Positions 1 through 14,300 of a DNA stretch of 64,000 nt are shown piece by piece. Source of the stretch: Chrysomallon squamiferum (taxonomy: Eukaryota > Animalia > Mollusca); assembly GCA_012295275.1 (NCBI GenBank), contig CM022665.1:12028001-12092000 (forward strand), read 5' to 3'. A model generated the notes under the pieces. The model saw only the letters and a list, made by a program, of their open reading frames with translations. It was not told where the DNA came from and searched no databases. How positions within the stretch are numbered: position 1 is the first letter of the stretch; each line of letters opens with the position of its first letter. The position numbers and the translations under genes were made by a program.

Positions 1-478
1 GTTCTGTTTTAATATGACAAAACATATTTGTTGTTTCAGATTTGACTGTCTTTATATTTATTTTGAACCAGTTATATTTCTGAAGTCAATTTTCAGTAAT
101 TGTACCATTTTTTCTGTCAAAAGAATAACATTTTCTGGATTTTTATATATATTTATATATTATATAAGTAACTTGTATCTCAAATTTCATTGCATAATAC
201 ATTGTTGCAATGCATAGAGTGTTCAAAAAAATTGTTAATAATTAATTTCTTAATCTGTAAACCATACAAACTGATGAAAATACTGTACCATGTTATACTA
301 AACCTGATTATAAAATTGTTGCTCTTACAGATTCTTACTTATTTAGAATTTTTTAATTTTTTAATTTATTTTTGTTGTTATTGTTTCTGCTGCTGCATGG
401 GCTACTGCATGTTTTTCATTCTGATTTTAGAATTCAGTTTTATTTCATTCATTTTTTAAGTTATGTTTTTACTTTTAG

Positions 479-547
479 GCTGGCAAGTTGAATGATCGAG
501 TGGAATCTGCAAATGTCCGTACAACAAAAATTCTTCGGAACCTTTGA
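479..547 (+). CDS. Terminal coding exon of a SNAP-25/SNAP-23-family Qbc SNARE (gene begins upstream of the window)
   Basis: Pyrimidine-rich acceptor ttttacttttAG (477-478), then phase-0 frame AGKLNDRVESANVRTTKILRNL* (TGA 545-547). This aligns with the C-terminal end of SNAP-25 (ADSNKTRIDEANQRATKML) and SNAP-23 (ADTNRDRIDIANARAKKLI). Only 22 aa are visible, so the paralog cannot be assigned. Confidence 0.7.
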   Translation, partial: AGKLNDRVESANVRTTKILRNL

Positions 548-3500
548 GTTCTTATGGAGGGTGGTACATTCCTGCTCATTAGATGGACATTTTATTGACA
601 AATACTCTGTAGAATTTGTTTTATTACCCTAACCAAGTATAATCACTTACAATGAAGATTCAAATGTATATTAGACAATTTGGGACTTTACTGTCAATTT
701 TTCATTGGCTATCAATCATAATTAATAATTAGAAATTTTATGTTGTAATTTTACTAACACTGTTTGGGTGAAGAAAGCTCTTTTAAAACAAAAAAAATGG
801 AAAGGAAAAAATATAAAGCTTACATCAACACCCAAACAGACTTAAATTTAAATTATTGAATTGATTAATAATGTATTGTGCAATATTAGATTGGCATTGA
901 TATGTTATTTATTATATTTTAGAAGAGCTGTATTTTCTTGATTAGTTATTAGAGTGATCTGTTAGAGATTCTGTTAAGTGTAGAGGTCCTAACCAGCAGT
1001 GTGAAATCCATTAAGCTCAAATAGCTTGATCATTCCAACCAAGTTTCTGCCCTGTATTTTGTTGTGCTCACATGTATGTCCTAGTCTCCAAACATTTAGA
1101 ACTTTAGGGAATGTATACTGAATAATTTTCTTACACTGCTTATTTTTTTTTTTTTTTTTTTATAATGGCCACTAACCAGATTTTAGCTAATTATAACAAA
1201 TAATATTGCAAACATTATTCAGTTTGTTATAGAAGTTGTTTCTGTTTTTGCCAATTTTATGTCTGATTTTAATATTAGCAATTTAATTATTAAATAAAGG
1301 ACTACAGTTGCTTAAATATTCATCTTTAGTAAATGTATGACCATAAGATAGATAACCTCTGAACAACCATTTAGTTCAGTTAAATACTAAACTTTTTCAT
1401 ACAGCTTTTTTCCTTTTTGTCTGTGAGCTTATTATAATTTAAGGACCTCTGTTACTACACTAAAGCCCATATTTAAGATTATATAAAATGTTACTAATTT
1501 GGTAGGTGTCATTTTTAGTGGGTTTTTTTTTTTTTATATATATATATATATATATAATATATATACTATGTATATCTGTAAAGTTAATAGTATTAAAACT
1601 GATGAATTATGTAACTTAAGGAAGCACTGTTTTGTTTTGTACATACTGCATTGGTATGTTGAATTTTCTTTCAGTATTTCACATGTTGATTGGTTTGTGT
1701 TTTTATATTTTTATTTTTTATTATTTATTTGTTACTTTGTTTTAAGATTACCAAAAACAGTCTTTTTCCTTAAGTCTAGTGCACATCAGACCTACGGACT
1801 GAACAAAATATTTAAGCAACATTTTGCTCAGCTAACACCTGACAATAGACATGTTTATTTATGTTTGTCCTATTTTTATTACCTTGTTGGAAAAAAAATA
1901 AAAAAATAAATAATAATAATAATTAATGCAAATTTATTTATGAATTATATCATGGAAAAAGCCTAAAACAAAACATACAAAACTATGGGTTTTTTTCCAA
2001 TTGACAGATGACCATTTACAGATTTTGATACCAGAAACCAGTGAGCTTTTATTTTTGTTTGAAGAAAGATCCCGTCTTGGCTAAAAACATCCTTAATCCG
2101 TACATTATAAAATCTGTACTATGCATGATCCTAGAAACTGTACATAATAGATACCTTCCTTAGGTCTGAATAGGAAAATATCTTAAACAAAACACTGCAT
2201 ACAAGATTAAACATTTCTGGTGTGCACTACTCCTAGGATTAAACTTTGTTAACTAACAAAGTAATGTTTGTTAAACACCTCAGTTGAGACCATTGAATTT
2301 TAATTAATTGTATATAGATACATTTTTAATAAGTGTTCATGTCCAGTTCAACAGAACAGATCTGTTAATCACCAAATTTAAACTTAAGTATAATGGGATA
2401 TTCCCTTGCTTTGGTTTTATAGGTAAGAAAGAGAAAAAATGAAATAATAAAAAGTTATTAATGTTTCAGACAATTTTAAAATGAAAACGGTAAAACCTTT
2501 TTATATAGATTTATTAAATTGGTTTTATATCATCAAAAACTTCCTTTTAATACATTCCTAAATAATCTTGCAGAATAATTTTCATTCATTTTATAATGTC
2601 ACACAAAATCATAATTATTATTGAATTAAGTTGCAATTTGTTCAGTCTTTACTTTTTTTTTTTTTTTTTTTTTTTGTGGTCTTTTTGTTAAACAATTGTA
2701 CAGAAGGAAATAAAGGCTGGCTTTACTTAGTGTAATAATCAACAGTTCTACAAAAAGATTACAACAAACAGTTTGCCAAAAATAAAAGCAAAATCATAAA
2801 GATTAAAAACGTTGGTATCAGATGTTCTGAGTTTTATACTTGTATATAAAGGTCACACTTCAGTTTTCATAAAATGTACTTTTATTTTTATGTCATAGAG
2901 GTTCATTCTTCTTTTTTATCATTAATTCTAAATCATGAAATTGTAAATAGTTGTATAGCTACTTGAATTGTGAGTATCTCGAAAAAGAAGTATTGAAAAT
3001 GGGTGGCAGGATCTCGGTGTTAGGCCTGGATTTCTGTTCATTATCTTGCCACATAGAAATTTGTTTTATTTTATTTATTACCATTTTTATTATTTTTATT
3101 TTTATTTTTATTTTTATTTTTTTTTTTTTTTTTTCTACATTTATATTTTTGAATGCGATACTTTGCAGTCTAGAATATTTACAGAAAAAAAAAAGAATAA
3201 TTATTATTATTATTTATTATTTATTATTATTATTTAAATACAAATGAAGAATGATAATGTGTGTTGTATATTTATAAACAAAGTAAATCATGTTGCAATT
3301 CATTGGTGATCAAAGTTATATGTGTTATGTTTGATAAATTTATTATACGTTATTTTAAAACAGTTGTTCTCATTTTTCATTAACAGCAGGAGAATATATT
3401 GTTTTGTTTGTACTGTTAGAATGTAATGGGGATTATTACTGTTTTATGGATTTTTCTTCTTGTAGGCTTGGATATTAACTTGGTGGTATATAACTGAGAC

Positions 3501-6130
3501 AGCTTGCTTTATTTATGAATGCTGAAAATATGCAATAACAAAAATGTACTTTCTTGAGGTTATTTTGTCCCATCTGCTCATTAATTACAAAGATAATTTA
3601 AGAAAGAAACATAAAAAAAAAATATTAAAAAACTAGATACTTGAAAGCTGTCATTTGCTGGTGTTCTAGGAATATATATATATATATATATATTAATATG
3701 GTAGTGAAAGCATTTGACTTGGAATACAGTAGTGTCCTGCATTTAGACAAATCTTAAAACCCTGTCTCAGTCTACCCTTTTGTGTACATGATTATTTCAC
3801 ATTTCTTGTTTTATTTAATTGTTTGTTTATTTTTTTTTTTTTATTAAATAACTTTTTGAATTATTATTATTATTTTTTGCAGTTTCTCAAGCCTAGACAA
3901 TGTAGAAAATATTAATTTTCGTTAATTCATCAGTTACTTTGTTATGGTAGGGCCATTATTTAAGTACATACAATCTTTGATTGTGTGCATATGTGTGTTT
4001 TAACACATATATACATATACATAAATCTTATTTTTCTTCGTATATAAATATATTGTTTGCATAAGTCTTTCCATGATTTCATAGTTTTTATAGTTAAGTA
4101 ATTATGTACTGAAATTAAATTTCCTTATATCAAAATAAAAATATGTATTACATTTAATTCTTTTAAAAACAAGATGTAACAGACTTCAAAAATAAATAAA
4201 TAAAAAATGTATTTAAAACAATTTTACAGCTAGTCATTTTTCATACATGAATAATTGTGATCATAAAGGTTTTATGTTAGAAGGATTCAGTGATAAGGGA
4301 GTTTATGTCATATTCAGTAGTCTGCTCTTCATTCTAGTCAATATAAATAAATGAAAATGTAATGGAAAAACATAATTTACAAAAGACAATCCTAAGTACA
4401 TTTTGAAGAACATTTGCTTATCTTATACAAACAGCTTTTATAGCAGCATTTTTATTTTATATTCTTAATTTTAATGTTTTATTTAATTTAATTTAATTTA
4501 ATTTTTTAGATTAATGGTGTAAATTCAGAATTCAATAGCTGTGAAATATAAATAAGACTAAAAGAAATTTTTCAAATTAAAATCTTTCTGCACTTAAGAG
4601 CTGTTATTCGTCATTCCTATTTAATCAGTAAGTCTGATGAAGTAAATCATTCAGTAATTTCTGTTTGCTTTCATTAAAGTGTTGACATTCCAGTCTTTAT
4701 GCGTAATTATCTGGCTTTCAGTATTTTATGTGATAACATGTATTATAATCTGTCTTTTGTTTCTTCTCTCTTTTTTCCTACTTTAAAAAAGAACAAACAA
4801 AAAAAAATGTTTCCTCTCTCCCATATAATATTGCAAATTTCTAATTTTTATTGATTTACTTGAGCTGAGTATGTAAATTCTAAAATGACAGAACTGAGCA
4901 AGTATTCATTACATTACTGTGTAGATTAGGCTCTTTTATCTTAAAGTTAATTGTGATGAAGAAAAATGTTTGATGGTACTTTTATGTACATTTTATAAGT
5001 TCGTTTGAATAAACTGCCATGATTAATAGTATCTGTTTTTGACTGTACTTCTTGGCATGCTGGACAGCCAGATTTAAAAAAAACAAAAAAAACAACATTT
5101 GCTATGGATTTTTATAATTAAAAAAATAACTTACTTTAATCAGGCTGTGAATAAATAATTTTTAAAAATAAAAATATATAAAAATTTGTTCATTTTATTT
5201 ATTTATTATTAATATTATTTTGATGATGACGATTATTATTATTATTATTATTATCATTATTTTAATTAATTTTTGTTTGTTTTTATGTTAAATTAATTTT
5301 TTAAGACTATTTTTTATTTGAATAAGGTACTTAATTACTCCTAATGTATCACAGATTAACAATAAAAATGTTAACTAAAAATAAGTTAATAGGCATATAT
5401 TTGTGGTCTTGCTTTCATTGTGAATAATTAAATTTAACAATTCCTGCTATTTTTTCTAATAGAGACGTACAGTGAGTCTGTTTCTTAATAAAATGAAATT
5501 TAATGAGCACATACTTATTAAAAATGTGAATTCTGAAATGTATTCTAAAAAAAAAAAAAAGACGACCATAATAACCTGCTTTATTAATCTGCTTTATTTT
5601 GTTTTAAAATCTTTTAAAATCTTTAATTTATTTTAAGGAGTAGACTTTATTTTTGTGGAAAAATGGAATTGTGGTAATGCTTTTATGTAATGCTTGCAAT
5701 ATATGCTTAAGACAACGGCTCTGTTTTATGGTGATGCTTCATGAGAAAAAATGTTGTTATGTTTCGTAAGTAGAGTCATTTTAATAGCAATATCATTTGA
5801 TTGTAAAAAAAGAAATGATAAAAAGTTATTAGTATGTTTTTGTCGAGTGTATGCAGTTATGTAATTACTTAATATTAAGATAGTTTTGAATACTGGGGGA
5901 TTTTATACACTGATATAATGATCATTTAATTATCCTATATGTGCATTATTTGCATTAGTCCTTAAACTCCATGCCACAATATAGAAACAAAAAAGAACAA
6001 AAAAGTTTTTGTTCATTTTTAATCAAGGGTAATATAAACAATATGAATTTTCAGACCATTAATACTAATTTTTTTCATATTCTATTCTGAATGTTTAATA
6101 ACATAATCTAAAATTCATTGCTTTGGATAA

Positions 6131-6262
6131 GCAATAAAATCAGTTAAGCAGCAATAAAGCTTTTGTGTCTGGATGAGCAATAAAGTTCTCCATCATAGGA
6201 TGGCAATAATTTTCTGCATCGTAGGTGTGCAATAAGATTCAGTATTTTAGGTTAAGCAATAA
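6131..6262. repeat. Degenerate ~26-bp minisatellite with GCAATAA core
   Basis: GCAATAA starts at 6131, 6151, 6177, 6203, 6229 and 6256 (spacing 20, 26, 26, 26, 27). Confidence 0.8.
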
Positions 6263-6392
6263 CGGGTAAAATTCCTTTACATAGAAGGTTAAATTAAGCT
6301 CATGTTGTAATAATTTTGATTAACTGGATTTATGAGGTCTTTGTTCAGAATGTAAGTACATTTTTTATCATATTGTTGATGTTTGGTGCCTG

Positions 6393-6565
6393 AAGAAATC
6401 TGTAATGAAAACTTTTTTTAATGAGAATAATGAAAAGTAAACTGAATTGTTTTAATGGAATGGATTAGACGTGTGGTCTACTATTAATATTGGTGTGCTA
6501 GTCAAGAAATCTATAATGAAAAGTTTTTCTAACATGAATAATTAAAAGTGAACTGTTTTAATGGA
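6393..6565. repeat. Diverged ~111-bp-period tandem duplication
   Basis: AAGAAATCTRTAATGAAAA...GAATAATKAAAAGTRAACTG...TTTTAATGGA occurs at 6393-6459 and 6504-6565. Confidence 0.75.
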
Positions 6566-8668
6566 CAAACTAAAACAAACCATTAAATGATAAATCTTCA
6601 CTTTATAAAATTTACCTTAAATACTGTGTTCACATAGACATTTCGCTTAAATACCAGCTAGCAAAACATTTTCTAAAAATGTAGTTAAAAATATTTTTTA
6701 GAATTTAAATCATATGGTCTGAATTCATATTGTCTGATATTCCTGCAGTGAAGCATTTTAATCTCAGTAGTATTTGGCAAGGACAGTGAAAGTGTGTATT
6801 ATTTAAAACATCGCATTATAAATTCAAGACTTGACACTAAGTCTTCTTGTGAAATGTATTGATTGTGTTTAAATATCTGACAGACCATAATGAAAAGGCT
6901 GGAAATAGCTAATGATTACATATGGATTATTTATTAGGTCTCTGTCTTCAAGTTCACAAAGAACATTTCTTAGATTTAAGCAATTTTGTAATTTTGTGAT
7001 CTATTTTACCTATGATTTCATTATTAATGTTCAATAGACACTTTTATGTTTGTATTATTATACTTTTTATTACTTATGGCATAAATAATGATGTGTGAAA
7101 TGCCTGATGAAGATTCAGGTGTTTAGAATGATGTTTCTGTTTATAATAAGAGTGCTTGTAATTTTTATTTCAGTCTAATCTTAAACAGATAGTTTAATTT
7201 AATCTAGCTTATTTATAGATGTTGGTAAAATCTACAGTGGAAAAAGATATAAACCCTTTTTATTTTCTTTCAAAAACTCTATAAATTGGAGTGGCATTCT
7301 TTTCCAGTTGGGTTTTATTAATACCTATACATTTTCTATGATCAATAGTTAAAACATTATTTTCTACATAATTAATAAATTTAATATATAAATTATTATA
7401 TAAAAGAACCTTTTGTTGCTGGATCAGCTGTAATAAATTATCTGATCATACAAACTGTATTCAAATATATTTAAGTTAGTAGACTTCTTCCAGATTTGTT
7501 TGTGTTAATTTTGAATTATGATGATTTTTCTGTAGTTGTTTGATATATGTCTTTCATTAGATTGCATAGGTTAGTATCAGGAGCCAGAAATGCAGAATAT
7601 TACTATGCCATTGTTATGCTTGAAATGTAAGTTCACAATTCAAGAATAAAGTCTCTCACAGTATTTACTATGTGTTTACTGTTGTTGTTGTTGTTTTGGG
7701 GTTTTTTGATGGGAGGGGGGGTGTTGAAAGAAATCAACTAATTTTATTATTAATGAATACTGGGTAAGTATTAGAATTTTCCATCATGGTGTATCATTCA
7801 GATGTGAAAAATGGTAACTGCATCAACCTTTCCATAGACAGGATCTACATTTATTTTGAGAAACCAGTGAGGTAGCTGGAATAAGTAATAATTGATTTGG
7901 TCCACTAAATAGACCAACACACTAGAACCTGTTTTAAAAAATTTATAATTATATATTTTTTTTGATTTGTTACTGTTGAATATTGATTTGCAGTGGTACA
8001 TACAGAATTCAGTGTTTCACCATATGAGAATGTAACACATGCACTTTCAGACAGTGTGCATGAAAACAAAAACCAACAAAACACCATGGAGGTTGCATAC
8101 ATTCTTATATTATTGAATTATTGATTACAAATTACATCATCAAATTCTGAAGATAAAAGGATTGATTTTGCATGTTTTATATTTTTAATTTCATTAGATA
8201 TTGGTAAATTTAATTTCTGTAGATAAAATTCCAGAAAATGCTCCAAATTTGATTTTTACTAAGATGGAGAAATATGATTACAAAATATTTTCAGTGAATA
8301 TGTATGTGCAGATTAGAACATTAAAACTGCATTTAAAAACTGACTGAGATACAGGTTTAGATCAAGTAAACTTTCTTATGATTTTACTGTAAGATACAGC
8401 AAATAACATTAAACAAACTGAATTCCTTTTTGTAGATTAGGAAATATCTGGACCATAGCAAGGGCAGATCAAGGATTTCAGAATAAAAGCAAAATAAATT
8501 ATTGCTGCCAACTTTCAAACTGAAATGAATTTCATTATAAACCAAAAAACCTGCAGGATGAAATTGCTGTTCATGGATGCCTGTAACTATATTAAAATGG
8601 TCGAACACCAAAACAAAATGTATAATATAAATACTGAATTTTTTCATTTATTATTATTATTATTATTA

Positions 8669-8700
<32 letters not shown>

Positions 8701-10011
8701 AGAAAGCAAAAATGATATTTTAATGGAGATTAGTCTGAACTTTGCAATTTCACTTCAGTTTTACAAGATTTATTATTGCCTTTCCAGAACAGCTGGTGTT
8801 AAAAAGATACAGATCTGTGTTTCCATCTGCGCTAAGTTCATTTAAATCTCTAACAGCCTGTGAGTGGCTGTAGCACACCTCAAACAATCATTACAAAAAC
8901 CTGTCTGACACATAAATTCAAAACTGTATTGATGTGTTGTTAAATAAGCATTTTGTGATTCACTGGCTATACGTTTTTGTTTTGCGTTTATTTATTTATT
9001 TATTATTTATTTATTTTTTTTTTTTATTTATTTATTTATTTATTTATTTTTTTTTTTTTTTTTTTTTTTTTGAGGGTGTGGATGTTTTTGTGGTGGATTT
9101 TTGGTTGTTTTTTTACTAATATCCGGGAGTGTTTTTTTTATTTATTATTATTTTTTATTATTATTATTAATTTATTTTATTTTTGGTATCATTATTTTAT
9201 AAATTAGCTAATGTTATTTATTTATGTATTTATTTATTTATTTTCTTCTTATCATCATCATTAACATATTAATCATCATCATCCTTATAATTATTATTAT
9301 TAGTAGTAGTAGTATTTAAATTGTATGTGTACTAAAGTAATTCAGCTATGACCAGTTATGGGACATCCTTACTAAAAATTAAATAATAATAATATAATAA
9401 ATTATAAATACATTAAAGAAAAAATAAAGAAAAAGAAATACAATGAAGAAATTTAAAAAAAGAAAAAGAAAGATAACATGAAAGGTGCATTAAATGTGTT
9501 TAGATTAATATGCATTTTATGTACAACACAATGCAGTCAATCGAACTTTAATATGATTATCAAAGCCACTAACAAAACAATAATAATACTGTAATAACAG
9601 TTAAAAAAATAAATTAAAAAAAAAAAGAAAGAAAGAAATTTAAAAAAAAAAAAACAGCAAAAAGCAAGAATTTTTTTTTTATATATGACCATAAATTTCG
9701 TTATTTAGAAAAATAAAACTAGGAAGAAGACGAAATGATCTGGTTAACTTTATATTAAACAGTGAAAGATGAAACCTGTTGCATTGTCGTAACTGGCCCT
9801 ATTTAATTATAAGCAACCAGTGAATGGTGTTGCTTGAGATGAGTTCAAATGAATTAGCTACAAATTGTTTTCCACACAGCAACAACAACAACATAATAAG
9901 AAGAAGAAGAAGAAGAAAAAGAAGAAATTTATATAATAATATGAAGTAAATAACCAAAAAAAAAAGAAAAATCAGTTTTAATTTTTAAGTATAGATCCTA
10001 ATTACTTTATG

Positions 10012-10021
<10 letters not shown>

Positions 10022-10048
<27 letters not shown>

Positions 10049-10073
10049 TATTATTATTATTATTATTATTATT
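10022..10073. repeat. (AAT)n-(ATT)n head-to-head microsatellite forming a perfect ~52-bp palindrome
   Basis: An AAT run switches directly into a TTA run at AATT (10046-10049). Confidence 0.85.
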
Positions 10074-10418
10074 CAAATAGAAAGAAACTACATATATATC
10101 ACATTATTTTTATTAAAAAAAAAAAAATTTCTTTTCTCATACACTGTTTAGCTTGGCAGAAGAGGTTTAAAGCAAAAATCCTAAATACATACATGAAAGA
10201 TGTGACAGTATGATAATTTCTAAAAAGGATAATAATCCTTTGTAATATATTATCATGAATTTCAAGTTTGAAAAAATACTATTACGTTTAATTTTTGTCA
10301 TCGCTAAGAAAATCAAAGTACGAACACTGGTCGTAACTTCATTTAAATGAATAAATTATGATTATGATTATGATTATTATTATTGTTGTTGTTTTATCTT
10401 TGATGTTTAATCAAGGGA

Positions 10419-10490
<72 letters not shown>

Positions 10491-10500
10491 AATAAATAAA
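10419..10500. repeat. (AAT)n then (AAAT)n microsatellite
   Basis: Read directly from the sequence. Confidence 0.9.
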
Positions 10501-11322
10501 CAAATCAATATACAAAAAAAGTAAAGGATTCCAGAAATTTGGTAATACCATACATTTATTTTTCATAATTGAAAATATAATATTTAGATCTCTGATAACG
10601 AAATGATGGCCACCTACTCATGACCATATAAAAGTAATTTGTTATTGCAAATTACTTATAAAATGGAACACATGCCGTTACAGAAAAATTAAAGAATTGC
10701 AGAAACGTGGTAACAGAATGAATGAATGAATGAATACATAGTCTAAACTTTAAACATGTAATTTTATTTATTTATCTATTTATTTATTATTAAGGAATAT
10801 AAACAAAAAAACATTAAAACTTGAATTAAGTAAAACATTTAAACCAGTAACATTATGAAAGAAGGAGAACTGTTTAACGTTAAATAATAATTAAACTGTA
10901 ACTTATTAATTAGTGTCTGTCCATGGAAAGCGTTAGTCAGGGGGAAAAAAACAACAACAACAAACAGCTAACAACACAACAAACAAACAGCTTTTATGTT
11001 CACTTTTTTCTTTTTAATGATTAAAATTGCAGAAAAAAAAATTAAATAAATAAATAAATAAATAAACTATTTTTTAGTATAACTTTTTTCTTACATTAAT
11101 TCATATTTTATTTTATTAGCAGTTAAAGACTGCCATGAGACATAACTATTCAGTATACAAACATAGCTTTAATGGGTTTTGGAATTTATAATTATATTAT
11201 GTGGCTTTTTTTTTTTTTTTTTTTTTTTTTCGTACAAACTGTTTTTAGAAGAAAACTGTGGTGGGAGATTTTGGATCTAATTTAACAAGAGTTACCTTCC
11301 ATTGCGAATGGTTGGAAACAAA

Positions 11323-14300
11323 ATGTCGAATTGCAGTGACATAAATTCAAGTGGCGATATTATGGAAAAAAGTCAGATAAATAATGACAAAAATGATACA
11401 GATGTCGTCAGCGATGAGAACAGAAAGAAGGCAGAAGAAATTAAGGAAAAAGCCAACACGTTTTTTAAAAGTAGGCAATTTGGGGTTCTGTATAATTGTA
11501 CAAAAACGTGTCGTGAAAAGTAACGGTAAACACGTGATTGCTGTAGCGTGCTGAGCAACGAACATTAGTAATTATTATTTGTATTTAGAAAATAGCACAT
11601 TTGTAATTTAATGGAAATTTATACACTATGTATTTCATGAATAATGTACTGTGACTGCCACATTAATAATCATAACATTAACTTGATTAAGTTACGATGG
11701 ACAAACTACTAATAGCTTAAACCAGGATCTGAGGATGAGGTCTGGAATGTAGAATAGATAAAGCCAAAAGATAAACACCACAAAGACAGTAGAATTACTT
11801 AGATTAGATAACTAATACCATTAACTTGACTCACAATCTGTCACAAGTATTATTACTATGAACAAGTATATTAATAATTTTAATGAAACAGAAATGTCAA
11901 AAATATTTGTAATATTAAATATGCTTTAAAATTAAAGGTTTAATCATGAGGACACCAGAAAGTAGTCTTAGTGGTATTTATAATTTTTTAAATATTTATT
12001 ATAAAATAATAAAAAGCTATTGTTAGATTTGTGTTATTAAAAATACATTGTAAAGATAAAGAAATGGAGACAGTTATTATTCTTTTATTGTGGTCTAAAT
12101 TGTTCTTTTTACTAAAATGATATACTTTACTTTCAGAGGAAGATTACAATCAAGCAATAGCATTCTATACAGAAGCTATTGGTCTGAATCCATATATGGC
12201 TGCATATTATGGCAACCGAAGTTTTGCCTATCTTAAAATGGAATTGTATGGTTATGCCCTTGAAGATGCCACAAAAGCATTGTCTCTTGACAGGAACTAT
12301 ATTAAGGTAAAAAATCGGCTTTCAACAGACAATCTTTATGTCAAAGTATATTGTAAAAATAAAATGCAAGTTCTGACTGGAATCTTCATATTAATTTAGA
12401 AGGAAGATTTGTGGATTACCATGCGAGGAATCTGGTTCTAATCTTCCTTTTTATAAAACTTTTTTTTTATTGCAATATATGAATATTATATAATTTTAAA
12501 TAAATACTCAGTATACTGTTTATTAAAAAGTTATATCAACTGCAGATAATTCTTATTTAATATACATTGAAATTATTAATGTTATACAGGTTTCTTTTAC
12601 TAATTTTATTCCTTCTTCAAATTTTCATATTTTATTTTTACAGGCCTACTACAGACGTGCATCAGCTAACATGGCTTTAGGAAAGTTTAAACTTGCACTT
12701 AAGGATTTTGAAGCAGTTAGTAACTTGTATAATTTTTTTAATACTTAAATATAATCATCTTATCTTAGAAAATCTGTCAATTATATAGATGCACACATAC
12801 TGCAGGTCCTAGGCATTAAACTAATACTTTGAGTCAATAATTTTAAGCTTATTTTTTTTATATCAACTTAATGGGTGAAGCAGTTTGAGTAGAAAAAAAT
12901 AGTTATTGGGAGAAGAAATTTGAGAGTCAGTAGCCTTTTATATGCTGATAAATATCTAGATCTGTCCAACTTTAGAATGTCAACAACATTGCCATTTAAA
13001 CTGATGCAGTCACTGAGTGAACATAAATATGAAACACAGTCATGATAATGATACGTGGCTTTATATCAAAAATCAGTAGTTATGTGTAGAATTACCTGAT
13101 TTTTCTAATTATTGATAAAAATATTTATTTAGTTAGTAATCGTCTCTCATAGGTTGTATTTTGTATTGAATGTCATCAAGAAAAATATCAGCTAATTGCC
13201 GAAATGTCAATAAGATAAAGTTAAAAACCCACATCAAACACTCGAATTAAATTATGATTAAATTATGCATACATACGCACGCACGCAGACACACACACAC
13301 ACACACATATCATTTCAAGTCCATTTTATTGTTCCGATGACAACACTTCCTGGTTCACAAGCACAGTGCTCAGTGATGTTTCTTTATTATTTCCTGCATT
13401 CAGGATGTTTGGTATCACATGAAAATATTGCAGGGAAAAATTGAGATTTGTACGTCAGCTTAATGAATGGTATTATTGTAAGTCATGATAGTTTTGGTAT
13501 AAACAAAAAATGACATCAGCATAATAGCAGGGATCTGTGGTACACTTACATGTGCATTTCAGATCTCTTAAAAGCACAGATTGACAGTTCATGTAATCTT
13601 TAAGAAATTAAACTGAAACTATGTTGCTGTTATTATATATTATTTTTGTTAACATAATAAGTATTTTTTATTTTTAGGTTGTCAAAGTGAAACCTCACGA
13701 CAAAGATGCACGCTCAAAGTACACAGAGTGCAATAAGATAATAAAACTAATGGCTTTTGAGAAAGCTATTGCAGTTGATGATACAAGTTCTATAGCAGAC
13801 ACCCTGGATTTAGAACATATGGGTAAATAATTCTGAAAATGAATACACTGACCTTAGAGTATCATTTAATATCACTGTGTCAACAGATCCATTAGTTTTG
13901 ATGTCAAAAAGAAATATGCCTATTTAAAAGGTTTTAAGATTTTAGAAAACTTTATAAGTAATTACACAGAATTAACATGGTGCAGCTGGTTTATCATGTA
14001 TATGTTACAGGAAATATGTTAAATTCCTGAAAATTTAAGAAAATATGTGTGATGACTGAACTCAAAGTAATGTAGTCAGAGATGGTGATGGTCCAAAGAA
14101 AACCTAGGCATCCACAAAGCCAATCGTGCATGGATTTAGCAAACTGTGACATTCAGGACATGCTTGTTTGATGATTAGGAAATAACAATATAACTGGACT
14201 TTAGGACATAGTTTGTTCAGTTTCAGAACTTCAGTTTTCACAGTGAAATTATGTGTTCACCTGTTGGATTCTGATGCTTGCATTGGCCTGTTATCATCTA

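Noticed and set aside
6131-6262. CRISPR-like repeat-spacer appearance
   Set aside because: Core is only 7 bp, spacers resemble each other, the context is eukaryotic and there are no cas genes; it is a minisatellite.
7798-8845. Possible extra gene between the SNARE exon and PPP5C
   Set aside because: The ORFs have no recognisable motifs or consistent splice sites; AGGGCAGATCAAGGATTT near 8461 looks more like a decayed MITE end.
14169-14274. Possible intronic C/D-box snoRNA (TGATGA ... CTGA) in PPP5C intron 4
   Set aside because: No terminal stem, no rRNA-antisense guide that I can recognise, and it lies inside the inverted-repeat relic.
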